Positions 9,328 to 18,955 of a stretch of 64,000 bases of DNA are shown one piece after another. A program made the translations under genes and the position numbers. The first letter of the stretch is position 1; each line of letters begins with the position of its first letter. Location of the stretch: assembly GCA_965207705.1 (NCBI GenBank), contig OZ242292.1:1033309-1097308 (forward strand). Reading direction: 5' to 3'. Source of the stretch: Gammaproteobacteria bacterium. GTDB taxonomy: Bacteria; Pseudomonadota; Gammaproteobacteria; CBDBNL01; JAAOII01. The notes beneath the pieces were generated by a model. The model was not told the DNA's origin and did not search any database. It saw nothing but the letters and a program-made list of their open reading frames with translations.

Positions 9328-10593
9328 ATGGAGGAACCTAAAAATCTCATCTACGCTCAGTCGGGAGGAGCAACGGCAGTTATAAATGTAACTGCGCGTG
9401 CTCTTATCTTAGAAGCACAGAAACATCCAGAGAAAATTGGCAAAATATATGTAGCCAATGGCGGTATAACTGGAGTGCTGCAAGAAAAGATATTTGATGT
9501 AACTGGAGCAAGTGAAGAAGATGTTAACTCCATAGCTAATGAACCAGGAGCATTTTTTGGCACTTGCCGTTATAAGCTCACTGACCCACTTGAGAATGAT
9601 TTCCAATATAGGAGATTGTTTGATGTGTTTAAAGCCCATAACATAGGATATTTCTTTTATAACGGTGGCAATGATTCACAAGATACGACTAATCGTATAG
9701 CCCAATGGTGCGCGGAGCATGGGCATAATGTGCAATGCTTGGGTATTCCTAAAACGGTGGATAACGATCTGACACACACTGACTCTTGTCCGGGTTTTGG
9801 TTCTGTTGCCAAGTATATTGCGGTGTCTATTGCCGAAATTAATGCGGACTTACTTTCCATTTGCGGCTCCTCTACTAAGGTTTTTATTATGGAAACAATG
9901 GGCAGGGATGCAGGTTGGATTACCGCATCCGCGGGTTTAATCAAACGTCAAGAAGAAGACGCTCCTCACATTTTACTTTTACCTGAAATACCCCTGAAAC
10001 GGAAAGATTTTTTAGCAAGGGTTAAGCATTGCGTTGAAAATATAGGGTGTTGCGTTATAGTTGCATCCGAAGGATTGCGAGATGAAAATAATGAATATCT
10101 GGCAGCCAGCTCAGTGGTCATTGATAGTTTTGGTCATCAACAGTTGGGGGGCGTTGCTCCCATCTTAGCGGGAATAGTCAAACAAGAATTTGGCTATAAG
10201 TATCACTGGGCAGTCCCAGATTATATGCAACGGGCAGCCAAACATTTGGTGAGCGCCATGGATTATGAGCAAGCACAGGCGGTTGGCAAAGCAGCGGTCA
10301 CCTTCGCATTGCAAGGCAAGAATGCAGTTATGTCATGTATTGAAAGGATTAGCGACTCTCCCTATAAATGGAAAGTGGGATATGTGCCATTAGATAAAGT
10401 TGCTAATGCAGTTAAGGCGATGCCGCGTTCTTTTATTAGTGATGATGGTTATTCTCTAACTGATGAAGCGCGCGCCTATTATATGCCATTGATTGCAGGG
10501 GAAGTATATCCCTCTTATGATAGGGGGCTATTAAAGAAAGCATCTTTGCAGAAAAAAGAAATTTCCCCAAAACTAGCTGAATTTAAGATATAG
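9328..10593 (+). CDS. 6-phosphofructokinase family protein (divergent, possibly PPi-dependent type)
   Basis: 421-aa ORF with PFK blocks: NGGNDS (PFK GGDGS/GGDDS position), GIPKTVDNDL (PKTIDND motif), METMGRDAGW (MGR motif). Confidence 0.8.
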   Translation: MEEPKNLIYAQSGGATAVINVTARALILEAQKHPEKIGKIYVANGGITGVLQEKIFDVTGASEEDVNSIANEPGAFFGTCRYKLTDPLENDFQYRRLFDVFKAHNIGYFFYNGGNDSQDTTNRIAQWCAEHGHNVQCLGIPKTVDNDLTHTDSCPGFGSVAKYIAVSIAEINADLLSICGSSTKVFIMETMGRDAGWITASAGLIKRQEEDAPHILLLPEIPLKRKDFLARVKHCVENIGCCVIVASEGLRDENNEYLAASSVVIDSFGHQQLGGVAPILAGIVKQEFGYKYHWAVPDYMQRAAKHLVSAMDYEQAQAVGKAAVTFALQGKNAVMSCIERISDSPYKWKVGYVPLDKVANAVKAMPRSFISDDGYSLTDEARAYYMPLIAGEVYPSYDRGLLKKASLQKKEISPKLAEFKI

Positions 10594-10635
10594 GAATATT
10601 CCTATAATTTATTATTTAGCTCGGTTATATTAATT

Positions 10636-11940
10636 GTGAAGAATAGTTTGCTTGTAGCTTTTGTAACCTTTGTAACCCTTATAACTGTGGTTATGGCGCA
10701 AAACCTTTACGCTGCTCCTCAGATAGAAGTCAGCGGCAATAAAAGAACTAAAACCGCTTACATCCAAAAGTTAGCAAATATTTGTATTAATAACTTTGAT
10801 ACCGAAAAAATAAACAGTTATGGCTCAAGTGAGCTGATATCTCAAGCAAAAAAATTAGCACTAAGACAATGCATAAATAATTCAGGGTTGTTTAGTAGTG
10901 TGGTTGTTTATGATTTTAACGAAGAAATTATAAGCATTGCAGTTGCTGATAAATGGAGTTTCTTAGTGCTGCCAAGCTATAGCCAAGCCCAAGCGCGAGG
11001 AGAAACTGGTTGGGGGCTGCTGTTCTTTGACTTTAACTTTGTTGGCAGAGGGCAACTTTTCGGAGCAATCTTTAACCGCAAAGAACAGGATGAACTGGAC
11101 AGTTATTCCTTAATATACGATTTCCCATACATTGATAAACAAGGCAAGTATGGTTTTTCTGTCACAGCATTGAAACGCAAACTAAATTTTTATGAGTTTG
11201 TTGGCGATGATTGGGTATTTAGCACTCAAGAGGAGTTCAATTTTTTATGGTTTAGATTGAAGCACAGAATAACTTCTAAGTTCTCGTTAACCTATGGTTT
11301 AGCTCCTACATATTTGGGCTTTCGCAATGCAAGATATAGAAACGGAGACACGATTAAATCCGATATTCTGCCACCAGATATACAAAGTATGACCTTAAAC
11401 GCTGAGTGGAGTAACCTAGTAAAAAGATACTACTACGATAAAGGATTCCGCAGCGGCGCAACTCTTTTTCAACAGCTTAACAGTCATGGGGAGCAAAAAG
11501 AAATGCAAAGCGCTGTGTTACTTGAGATGTATGCAGGTGTCCCATCATACCAGCAACATGTATTTCAGTGGGGTTTATTAGGCGGCACAAGAAATAATAT
11601 AAAGCAATACGATACTTTTCGTATAGGAGGCGAGTTAGGAGCACGCGGCATACCTGCAGATGGCGCTTGGAATCAACAGTACCTAATAAGTAGTTTTTAT
11701 TACCAGTTACCCATAGCGCAAGGACGTTATGGTTATTGGAATATAGGACCTTTTGTTGATATTGGTCACTTATGGAATTTACCTCATCACCCTGAAAAAG
11801 AATTGAGCTACTATTCCACTGGAATTGCCAGTTATGTCCACCTTAGGCAGGTTAATGTGCCAGCATTTGGAGTATCTTTTAGCTCCAACAGCGAGTATCT
11901 GCAGGATTATTGGAGTTTATTTATCGGCTTTCGCTTGTAG
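10636..11940 (+). CDS. Outer-membrane beta-barrel protein, Omp85/D15 (bacterial surface antigen) family-like, with a single POTRA-like N-terminal domain
   Basis: 434-aa ORF, GTG start per the ORF track. Signal peptide. The POTRA-like segment is IEVSGNKRTKTAYIQKL...SGLFSSVVVYDF..IISIAVADKW. It has a Gly/aromatic-rich beta-strand pattern and a C-terminal FIGFRL. Confidence 0.55.
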   Translation: MKNSLLVAFVTFVTLITVVMAQNLYAAPQIEVSGNKRTKTAYIQKLANICINNFDTEKINSYGSSELISQAKKLALRQCINNSGLFSSVVVYDFNEEIISIAVADKWSFLVLPSYSQAQARGETGWGLLFFDFNFVGRGQLFGAIFNRKEQDELDSYSLIYDFPYIDKQGKYGFSVTALKRKLNFYEFVGDDWVFSTQEEFNFLWFRLKHRITSKFSLTYGLAPTYLGFRNARYRNGDTIKSDILPPDIQSMTLNAEWSNLVKRYYYDKGFRSGATLFQQLNSHGEQKEMQSAVLLEMYAGVPSYQQHVFQWGLLGGTRNNIKQYDTFRIGGELGARGIPADGAWNQQYLISSFYYQLPIAQGRYGYWNIGPFVDIGHLWNLPHHPEKELSYYSTGIASYVHLRQVNVPAFGVSFSSNSEYLQDYWSLFIGFRL

Positions 11941-11952
11941 TAGGGGGCTAGC

Positions 11953-13437
11953 TTACATTGTTGGCATCATAAACTCAGGATTTATTGAGCCCTTGGGCCA
12001 ACGCGAGGTTATGGCTTTTACCTTAGTATAAAATCTAACTGCCTCAGGTCCGTAAGCATGCATATCTCCGAATAAAGAATTCTTCCAACCACCAAAGCTA
12101 TGCGAAGCAACTGGCACTGGAATTGGCACATTAATCCCAACCATGCCAACTTGAACATTGTAAGAAAAATCTCGTGCTAAACCGCCATCGCGAGTAAAGA
12201 TTGAAGTACCGTTACCAAACTGATGTTCATTAATCAGCTTAATTCCGCTAGCATAATCTGGGACACGCACAATACATAACACTGGTCCAAAAATCTCTTC
12301 TTGATAAATACGCATACCAGGAGTGACATTGTCAAACAAGCAACCACCTAAGAAAAAACCTTTCTCATGTCCAGGTAGCTTAAAGTTGCGTCCGTCAACT
12401 TCTAAAGATGCGCCCTCTTCAACTCCAAGATCTACATATCCTTTGACCTTAGCAAGATGCTCGGCTGTGATGAGCGGACCCATGTCATCATCAGGGGCTA
12501 TGCCTATTTTAAGCTTCGCCACCAGTGGCTTTAATCTTGCCACTAATTCATCAGCTACCTTATCGCCAACCGCAACAACCACAGAAATCGCCATGCATCT
12601 TTCACCAGCCGAACCGTAACCGGAACCCAGGGCAGCGCTTTCAACTAAATTCATATCGGCATCGGGCATCACTAACATGTGATTTTTAGCGCCGCCTAAT
12701 GCTTGGACTCGCTTGCCTTGCTTGGCGCCTTCTTCATAAATGTAGCGAGCTATCGGCGTAGAACCAACAAAAGAAACCGACTTAACTCTTTCGTCACCCA
12801 ACAAAGTATTAACTGCATCCTTGCCGCCATTGACCACATTGAGCACTCCATCTGGCAGGCCCGCCTCTTTCAATAATTCCGCTAAGAAATATGCGGTTGA
12901 AGGATCTTTCTCTGAGGGCTTAAGCACAAAGCAGTTGCCGCAAGCAATCGCCATAGGAAACATCCATAAGGGCACCATTGCTGGAAAATTAAAAGGAGTT
13001 ATGCCAGCTGAAACCCCCAATGGCTGACGAATAGAAGTAACGTCTATACCAGTACCAGCATCTTCTGAGTATTCGCCTTTGAGTAATTGTGGAATGCTAC
13101 AAGCAAACTCTACAATTTCCAAACCGCGAGTTAATGAACCATGGGCATCGTTGAGAACCTTGCCATGTTCTGCAGAAACTAATTTGGCAATCTTATCTGC
13201 ATTTTTTTCAATCAGTTCTTTATACTTGAAAAAAATACGCGCCCTTTTTAAAGGAGTTAATGCGCGCCATTCAGGGAACTTGTCATGAGCCGCAGTAATA
13301 GCGGACTGGGTGTCCGCCTCATTCGCCATAGCAACCTCAGCGCTAACCTCTCCAGTAGTTGGATTATATACATTGTCAAAGTTGCCGCTGCTACCTTGAT
13401 ATTGTTTGCCGTTTATAAAGTGATGAATCTGTTTCAT
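11953..13437 (-). CDS. mmsA: Methylmalonate-semialdehyde dehydrogenase (CoA-acylating), aldehyde dehydrogenase family
   Basis: 494-aa ORF. ALDH catalytic blocks (ELGGKNH-like GGAKNHMLVM, catalytic Cys region FGSAGERCMA) and an MMSDH-like N-terminus (HFINGK). Confidence 0.9.
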   Translation of the reverse strand: MKQIHHFINGKQYQGSSGNFDNVYNPTTGEVSAEVAMANEADTQSAITAAHDKFPEWRALTPLKRARIFFKYKELIEKNADKIAKLVSAEHGKVLNDAHGSLTRGLEIVEFACSIPQLLKGEYSEDAGTGIDVTSIRQPLGVSAGITPFNFPAMVPLWMFPMAIACGNCFVLKPSEKDPSTAYFLAELLKEAGLPDGVLNVVNGGKDAVNTLLGDERVKSVSFVGSTPIARYIYEEGAKQGKRVQALGGAKNHMLVMPDADMNLVESAALGSGYGSAGERCMAISVVVAVGDKVADELVARLKPLVAKLKIGIAPDDDMGPLITAEHLAKVKGYVDLGVEEGASLEVDGRNFKLPGHEKGFFLGGCLFDNVTPGMRIYQEEIFGPVLCIVRVPDYASGIKLINEHQFGNGTSIFTRDGGLARDFSYNVQVGMVGINVPIPVPVASHSFGGWKNSLFGDMHAYGPEAVRFYTKVKAITSRWPKGSINPEFMMPTM

Positions 13438-13532
13438 AGTTTAGTATTATAAATTAATTAAAAGTTATTCTGTGTTGATGTGATTATGCATATTTGATTA
13501 CACATATATACAGTTATTATAGAACTATATAG

Positions 13533-14645
13533 TTAAGCGCCAGGGTAGGACCTCTCAGCAGGTCCGATGTATTCAGCGTTTGGCCTAATCAATCTATTAT
13601 CAGCCCGTTGTTCCATTATATGAGCCGCCCATCCCGAAGTGCGAGCACAAACAAATAGCGGAGTAAACAAAGCCCTTGGAATTCCCATATATCTATATGC
13701 GGAGGCACTGAAAAAATCTAAATTAGGAAAGAGCTTCTTTTCATCCCACATAACCTTTTCAATGGCTGCGGATATTTCAAACACTTTAGTGTCTCCATTG
13801 TCCTCACCCAAGCGGCGCGACCATTCTTTTATAACCTGATTGCGCGGGTCGGATATTTTATATACCGCATGACCAAATCCCATTATCTTATCTTTTCGTT
13901 CAAGCTTTTTATGAATTCCAGCAGTCGCCTCTTCCACTGTGGCAAATTCTTGAATTAGTTCATCAGCTTTTTCGTTAGCTCCACCATGTAAAGGTCCGCG
14001 CAATGCCCCTATGGCAGCTGTTATAGCGGAATAAATATCCGCCAAAGTGGCGGTTACCACGCGGGCGGTGAAAGTTGATGCATTGAACTCATGTTCTGCG
14101 TAAAGAATTAACGATACATCCATAGCCCGACGATGTAGCTCGCTTGGCTTTTTGCCGCTAATCAAATGAAGAATATGTCCAGCAATATTTTCATCATCTG
14201 TAACAGTGTCAATTTTTTCTCCTTGCGCAGTCCAGCGATACCAATAGCCCATAATTGAAGGAAACGCCGCCAACAGTCGCTCAGTTATTTCCATCTGTTG
14301 CTCAAAGGATTGCTCGGGTTCTATAACTCCAAGCATGGAACAGCCAGTTCTCATAACGTCCATCGGATGGGCATCTGCTGGAATGCGTTCCAATGTATCT
14401 TTAACCTGCTGCGGTAAGTCACGTTGCTGGCGCAATCTATCACAAAATGCTTCTAATTGTTGCTTGTTTGGCAGTTCGCCATGCAATAAAAGATAAGCGG
14501 TTTCTTCAAAAGTGGAATGCTCCGCCAATTCTAAAATATCATAACCATAGTAGGTTAGCCCTTTACCGCGCATGCCGCAGGTACATATTGCTGTTTGTCC
14601 AGCGCTTATGCCGCGCAAGCCAGCGGTGTTATCTTGTTTACTCAT
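13533..14645 (-). CDS. prpC: 2-methylcitrate synthase / citrate synthase family
   Basis: ORF 13533..14669. The likely start is the internal Met ([12 protein letters not shown]). Citrate-synthase blocks (GYGHAVY, catalytic His/Asp regions). The ~370-aa length and adjacency to prpB favour PrpC. Confidence 0.85.
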   Translation of the reverse strand: MSKQDNTAGLRGISAGQTAICTCGMRGKGLTYYGYDILELAEHSTFEETAYLLLHGELPNKQQLEAFCDRLRQQRDLPQQVKDTLERIPADAHPMDVMRTGCSMLGVIEPEQSFEQQMEITERLLAAFPSIMGYWYRWTAQGEKIDTVTDDENIAGHILHLISGKKPSELHRRAMDVSLILYAEHEFNASTFTARVVTATLADIYSAITAAIGALRGPLHGGANEKADELIQEFATVEEATAGIHKKLERKDKIMGFGHAVYKISDPRNQVIKEWSRRLGEDNGDTKVFEISAAIEKVMWDEKKLFPNLDFFSASAYRYMGIPRALFTPLFVCARTSGWAAHIMEQRADNRLIRPNAEYIGPAERSYPGA

Positions 14646-15561
14646 TATTATCTCCTTTAGTTTTATCATCCCCTATATTCTTATCTCCTCTATTCTTATC
14701 CCCCGGGGTATATAGTTTATCCAATTTATTTTCATAAGCATGATAGTCCAACACTTCATAAAGTTCGGTGCGGGTTTGCATGTTATCCAATAATTCTTTT
14801 TGGGTTTGTTGACTACGCAACTCTGTGTATATTCCTTCCGCCGCCTTGCTCATGGCGCGAAAAGCGCTAAGCGGATAAAGAGCCAAGGATACTCCAGCAC
14901 TCTTTAGCTCCTGAGTAGTAAATAAAGGCGTCTTGCCAAACTCAGTGATATTCGCCAAAATAGGCAAAGCGCTCCCATTAGCAAATGTTTGATATTCTTC
15001 AAGGGTGGCGACTGCCTCAGGGAAGAGCATGTCCGCGCCCGCCTCCTCATATAATTTACATCTTTCTAAAGCTCCCTCCAAACCCTCATTTGCCAAAGCA
15101 TCGGTGCGCGCCATTATAGTGAAGTTGTCATCAGTGCGCGCATCAACCGCAGCTTTAATTCTATCTACCATCTCTTCTTTTGATGCGATGCTTTTGCCTG
15201 GGCGATGTCCGCATCTTTTTTGCCCTGCTTGGTCTTCTATATGAATGCCAGAAGCGCCTGCGTTTACAAGCTCACGCACTGCGCGCGCTATGTTGAAAGC
15301 ACCTCCCCAACCAATATCGGCATCCACCAGTAAAGGTAAATCAACCCTACCAGTTATGCGGCGAGTATCCTCAGTCACATCAGCCAAAGTGGTAATGCCC
15401 AAATCAGGCAAACCGAAAGAAGCGTTGGCAACACCAGCACCCGACAGATATAAAGCTTTGAAGCCCGCGCGTTGCGCCAGCAAGGCGCTATAGGCATTGA
15501 TTGTTCCAACCACTTGTAAAGGAGTTTCCTCTTTGATGGCTTGTTTTAATGATAAAACCAT
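14638..15561 (-). CDS. prpB: 2-methylisocitrate lyase (PEP mutase/isocitrate lyase superfamily)
   Basis: 307-aa ORF. PrpB blocks (LYLSGAG, IEDQ..KRCGH, catalytic KRCGHRPGK). It overlaps the prpC start. Unusual Lys/Asp/Gly-rich C-terminal tail ([21 protein letters not shown]). Confidence 0.85.
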   Translation of the reverse strand: MVLSLKQAIKEETPLQVVGTINAYSALLAQRAGFKALYLSGAGVANASFGLPDLGITTLADVTEDTRRITGRVDLPLLVDADIGWGGAFNIARAVRELVNAGASGIHIEDQAGQKRCGHRPGKSIASKEEMVDRIKAAVDARTDDNFTIMARTDALANEGLEGALERCKLYEEAGADMLFPEAVATLEEYQTFANGSALPILANITEFGKTPLFTTQELKSAGVSLALYPLSAFRAMSKAAEGIYTELRSQQTQKELLDNMQTRTELYEVLDYHAYENKLDKLYTPGDKNRGDKNIGDDKTKGDNNE

Positions 15562-15655
15562 ACGCTAATTATAACATAGTGCAAATATTTGCAAGAAATT
15601 ATGCATCGCACATAAGTATAACGCGGCTCATTCCCATGGAAACATTGTTGTAAAT

Positions 15656-15994
15656 TTACAGTGTTTCCTGCCAATCTTGAATACGGGCGCGGATTTCTTC
15701 TATTTCTTTTTCCAATGCTGCTGCTTGTTGTAGTAGCAGCTCTCGCTTTTGCTGGAGTTCTTCAATTTCTTGACGCAACTGCGCCATTTCTACAGAATCT
15801 TTTCCATCAAAAGATGTCTCTTGTTTTTGGGTGGGTGGAATATTAATAGGGGGGATGTCTTTTTGTGAATAGATATAAAGTGCGCTCGCACCTATAACCA
15901 AAGCGATAAACAGGATAAAGATTATACGCCATTTTAGCCATCCTTTTTTGTTTAAGATTTTTGTTGGTTTTTGATTCATCTGTTTATTGGGCAT
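15656..15994 (-). CDS. Small bitopic coiled-coil membrane protein; possible truncated EnvC-like or FtsB-like protein
   Basis: 112 aa: basic N-terminus, one TM helix (IIFILFIALVIGASALYIY), C-terminal coiled coil (QLRQEIEELQQKRELLLQQAAALEKEIEEIRARIQDW). It sits where envC follows gpmI in enterobacteria. Its 5' end is duplicated by the insertion at 15987..16171. Confidence 0.45.
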   Translation of the reverse strand: MPNKQMNQKPTKILNKKGWLKWRIIFILFIALVIGASALYIYSQKDIPPINIPPTQKQETSFDGKDSVEMAQLRQEIEELQQKRELLLQQAAALEKEIEEIRARIQDWQETL

Positions 15995-16171
15995 CGCGAG
16001 AATTTATGCATCATATATAAGAACGACGCGAGCATGAAGATAGTTTGTCGCAAGTGTTAGGCATCCTGCGGGCGGAGCGCAGCTCCGCCCCTACAGACCT
16101 GCGTTGCAAGAATTTATGCATCATATATAAGAGCGATGCGAGCATGACGATGGTTTGTTGCGAGAATTTAT
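15987..16171. mobile_element. ~185-bp MITE-like insertion with internal ~60-bp direct repeats around a central hairpin, flanked by a 14-bp direct duplication
   Basis: gattcatctgttta occurs at 15973..15986 and 16172..16185. The second copy overlaps the gpmI stop and reconstitutes an ancestral ATGAATCAA start of the downstream gene. The interior holds two copies of a gaatttatgcatcatatataagaRcgaYgcgagcatgaMgat unit either side of the hairpin gggcggagc-gca-gctccgccc (16070..16090). Confidence 0.45.
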
Positions 16172-16182
16172 GATTCATCTGT

Positions 16183-17757
16183 TTAGCGGATTAGTGCTCT
16201 ACCACTCATTTCAGATGGCGGGAGTAATCCCATAAGTTTGAGCAAGGTAGGAGCAATATCTGCTAAGCCAGCTGGCTGGGTATCAAACTCAATCTGCATA
16301 TCTCCATAATACAATAATGGGACTGGATTTAAAGTGTGCGCAGTGTAAGGACTAACTCCGTCTGCAGCCAGCATCTCTTCGCAATTGCCATGGTCGGCAG
16401 TAATAAGGGCTTGGGCTCCATTTTTACGAATCACTGGCATGAGTTGACTTAAACTTTTGTCTATGTACTCAGCTGCTTTAATCGCGGCATCCAGTTTGCC
16501 GCTGTGTCCCACCATGTCGCCATTAGCATAATTACACAAAATAAAATCGTATTCCTGGCTTTCAAACGCCGCTACAAGTTCTGCAGTTATTTCAGGCGCT
16601 CTCATCTGTGGCGCCAAATCATAGGTTGCCACCTTCAAAGAAGGAATGAGCTTACGTTCCTCGTTAGCAAAAGGATCTTCTTTGCCGCCATTGAAAAAAT
16701 AAGTCACGTGGGCAAACTTTTCGGTTTCAGCAAGACGAAGCTGCTTTTTATTAAGGTCTGCCAAAACCTCACCTAAGCAATTGACAATTTTTTCACGCTC
16801 AAAGATAAAAGGCAGAGGGAGCGTTTCATCATAAGAGGTCATAGTCAGCAAAGATGATTTGGGCAGGACAAAAGGACGGTTAAATTCATCGAAGTTATCA
16901 GCGGCAAGAGCGGCGGTTATCTGCCTGACTCTGTCAGCGCGAAAATTTATGCAAATTATTGAATCATCAACAGAGATTACTCCATTATGAACATCCCCAC
17001 TTTCCTGTTTGCCTTGCTTGCCTTCATCGCCTTGGTCGGCTGAGCGCACAACAAGTGGCGGGATAAACTCATCGGTTATTTCTTTAGCGTAGTATTCTTC
17101 CAGTTTCTGATTCAGGTGTTTTGCATCATCTACAACTTCACCCTTACCGCTAACTAACAGGTCGTAAGCTTTTTGGGTTCGCTCCCATCTTTTATCGCGA
17201 TCCATTGCGTAATATCTACCAATTACACTGCTAATCCGCCCTACGCCCGTCTCTTTTAATTGTTGTTGAATAAAGTCAATGCAAGCAGGCGCCGAATTAG
17301 GCGCGCTGTCTCTTCCGTCAAGAAAAAGATGGAGTTCTATATTCTTAATTCCCTTAGCAGCTGCCAAACGTAAAACCGCAGCCAGATGTTCCTGATGGCT
17401 ATGTACCCCGCCATCGGATAGCAGACCCATGATGTGGAGCCGCGAGGAAGTGTTTTGCAAAAATGTGTTTAATGTTGGATGCTGTTGGATTGATTTATCA
17501 GCAATCGCCTTATTTATACGCAGTAGCGTTTGGTATACAATCCTTCCAGCACCTAAAATTAAATGTCCCACTTCGGAGTTGCCCATTTGCCCCTCAGGTA
17601 ATCCCACCTGCTCGCCGCAAGCAATAAGCTCGCGTTTGGGGCATTCCTGTAACAATTTATCCCAAGTTGGAGTTGCAGCAAGCTTAATAGCATTGCCAGG
17701 ATAATCCTTGCCCAGAGCCCAACCATCAAGGATTATTAGCGCAGTTGTTTTAGCCAT
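16183..17757 (-). CDS. gpmI: 2,3-bisphosphoglycerate-independent phosphoglycerate mutase
   Basis: 524-aa ORF with iPGM blocks (ILDGWALG, GNSEVGHL, TADHGNCE). Confidence 0.95.
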   Translation of the reverse strand: MAKTTALIILDGWALGKDYPGNAIKLAATPTWDKLLQECPKRELIACGEQVGLPEGQMGNSEVGHLILGAGRIVYQTLLRINKAIADKSIQQHPTLNTFLQNTSSRLHIMGLLSDGGVHSHQEHLAAVLRLAAAKGIKNIELHLFLDGRDSAPNSAPACIDFIQQQLKETGVGRISSVIGRYYAMDRDKRWERTQKAYDLLVSGKGEVVDDAKHLNQKLEEYYAKEITDEFIPPLVVRSADQGDEGKQGKQESGDVHNGVISVDDSIICINFRADRVRQITAALAADNFDEFNRPFVLPKSSLLTMTSYDETLPLPFIFEREKIVNCLGEVLADLNKKQLRLAETEKFAHVTYFFNGGKEDPFANEERKLIPSLKVATYDLAPQMRAPEITAELVAAFESQEYDFILCNYANGDMVGHSGKLDAAIKAAEYIDKSLSQLMPVIRKNGAQALITADHGNCEEMLAADGVSPYTAHTLNPVPLLYYGDMQIEFDTQPAGLADIAPTLLKLMGLLPPSEMSGRALIR

Positions 17758-18368
17758 TAGTCAATATAAAAGAAGAGCACCACCACTTCCTGCACTCCTT
17801 CTATGCGGCGAAACCTTCCAATCATTATTTCTGCCTCTTCCCTACTTACCAGCCCTATCAGGTAAACGCGACTTCTATCAACAAAATAATCTATACGAGT
17901 AGCGTCAAACTCTTTGACACCAGCCATAGCAAACCCAATTCGTGTGCGTAACAATAAATCATTAAATCCCTTATAGGGCGGTAAGGGATTAGCAACATCA
18001 ATGCGGTTGAACACTCTTTTTATTCCTTTCTTGCGAGCCGCGAGCACTTCTAATTTTTCTTTAGTGGCGGCATTTTCTGTTTCCCCCACCAGTAAAACAT
18101 TGTTATTGTATACTTGTACCTTTGCTCTTAATCGGGTTTTGTCTCCCAGAGTAATTATGTCTCTTCTTATAGATGCCTCATTTTTTTTATCAAGCGACGC
18201 CACAGAAGGAGAGCGGAATGGTTGTTGTTCACTATAAACATTTTCCCTAGTGGATACAGAAGAACAACCACTAACCACAAACAAGGATAACAAAAGAATA
18301 ATAAAAGGTTTTAGCGAGGACTTCAAGGTTAAGCGAATATTCTTTTTTCTACTAAATAGCAAAGGCAA
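17757..18368 (-). CDS. dolP: BON-domain outer-membrane lipoprotein, DolP/YraP family
   Basis: 203 aa, lipobox VVSGCS, two BON-like segments. Conserved position after yraN-diaA as in E. coli lpoA-yraN-diaA-dolP. Confidence 0.7.
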   Translation of the reverse strand: MPLLFSRKKNIRLTLKSSLKPFIILLLSLFVVSGCSSVSTRENVYSEQQPFRSPSVASLDKKNEASIRRDIITLGDKTRLRAKVQVYNNNVLLVGETENAATKEKLEVLAARKKGIKRVFNRIDVANPLPPYKGFNDLLLRTRIGFAMAGVKEFDATRIDYFVDRSRVYLIGLVSREEAEIMIGRFRRIEGVQEVVVLFFYID

Positions 18369-18913
18369 TGCAAAATTAGAATATGTACTTCTTGAATCCG
18401 TGCCGTGCTATCCGCTGGAACTCTCAGTTCCAATGCTCCATCTTCCAGAAGTTCTTTAAGTTTTCCGCCATCCTTACCACTTAGCACCAAAACCTCCATT
18501 TTCTTATTTTTTGCGCTTCTAACAGCTTCCAATATATTGGCAGAATAACCGCTGGTGGTAAGAACCACCAAAACATCTTTCTCTTCACCCAAAGCATCTA
18601 TTTGTTTGGAGAATATTTTTGTATAAGAATAATCATTTCCGATAGAGGTAATTACCGAGCAATCAGTTGTAAGGGCAAGCGCAGGTAAAGAAGGGCGTTC
18701 AATTTCAAAACGATTAATTAATTCTGCCGCAAAGTGTTGGGCATCCGCCGCCGACCCTCCATTACCGCATAGTAAAATTTTGCCGCCTTTCAGTAAGCAG
18801 TTGGTGAGGGTATTGCCTGCCTCAACTATTTTATCGCCTAATTGCTCTAAGCTTTTTTCTTTGGCTGCTATACTGCGATTAAAAATATCATTTATCTCTT
18901 CTCTTGCTTTCAT
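18329..18913 (-). CDS. diaA: SIS-domain protein of the DiaA / phosphoheptose isomerase GmhA family
   Basis: 194 aa with SIS blocks (GNGGSAADAQHFAAEL, LSTSG). diaA is preferred over gmhA only because of the conserved lpoA-yraN-diaA-dolP synteny. The paralogues cannot be separated by eye. Confidence 0.75.
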   Translation of the reverse strand: MKAREEINDIFNRSIAAKEKSLEQLGDKIVEAGNTLTNCLLKGGKILLCGNGGSAADAQHFAAELINRFEIERPSLPALALTTDCSVITSIGNDYSYTKIFSKQIDALGEEKDVLVVLTTSGYSANILEAVRSAKNKKMEVLVLSGKDGGKLKELLEDGALELRVPADSTARIQEVHILILHCLCYLVEKRIFA

Positions 18914-18955
18914 CTTGCTTTCATATAGTGCTTATGGATTTATTAACTTATGCTG

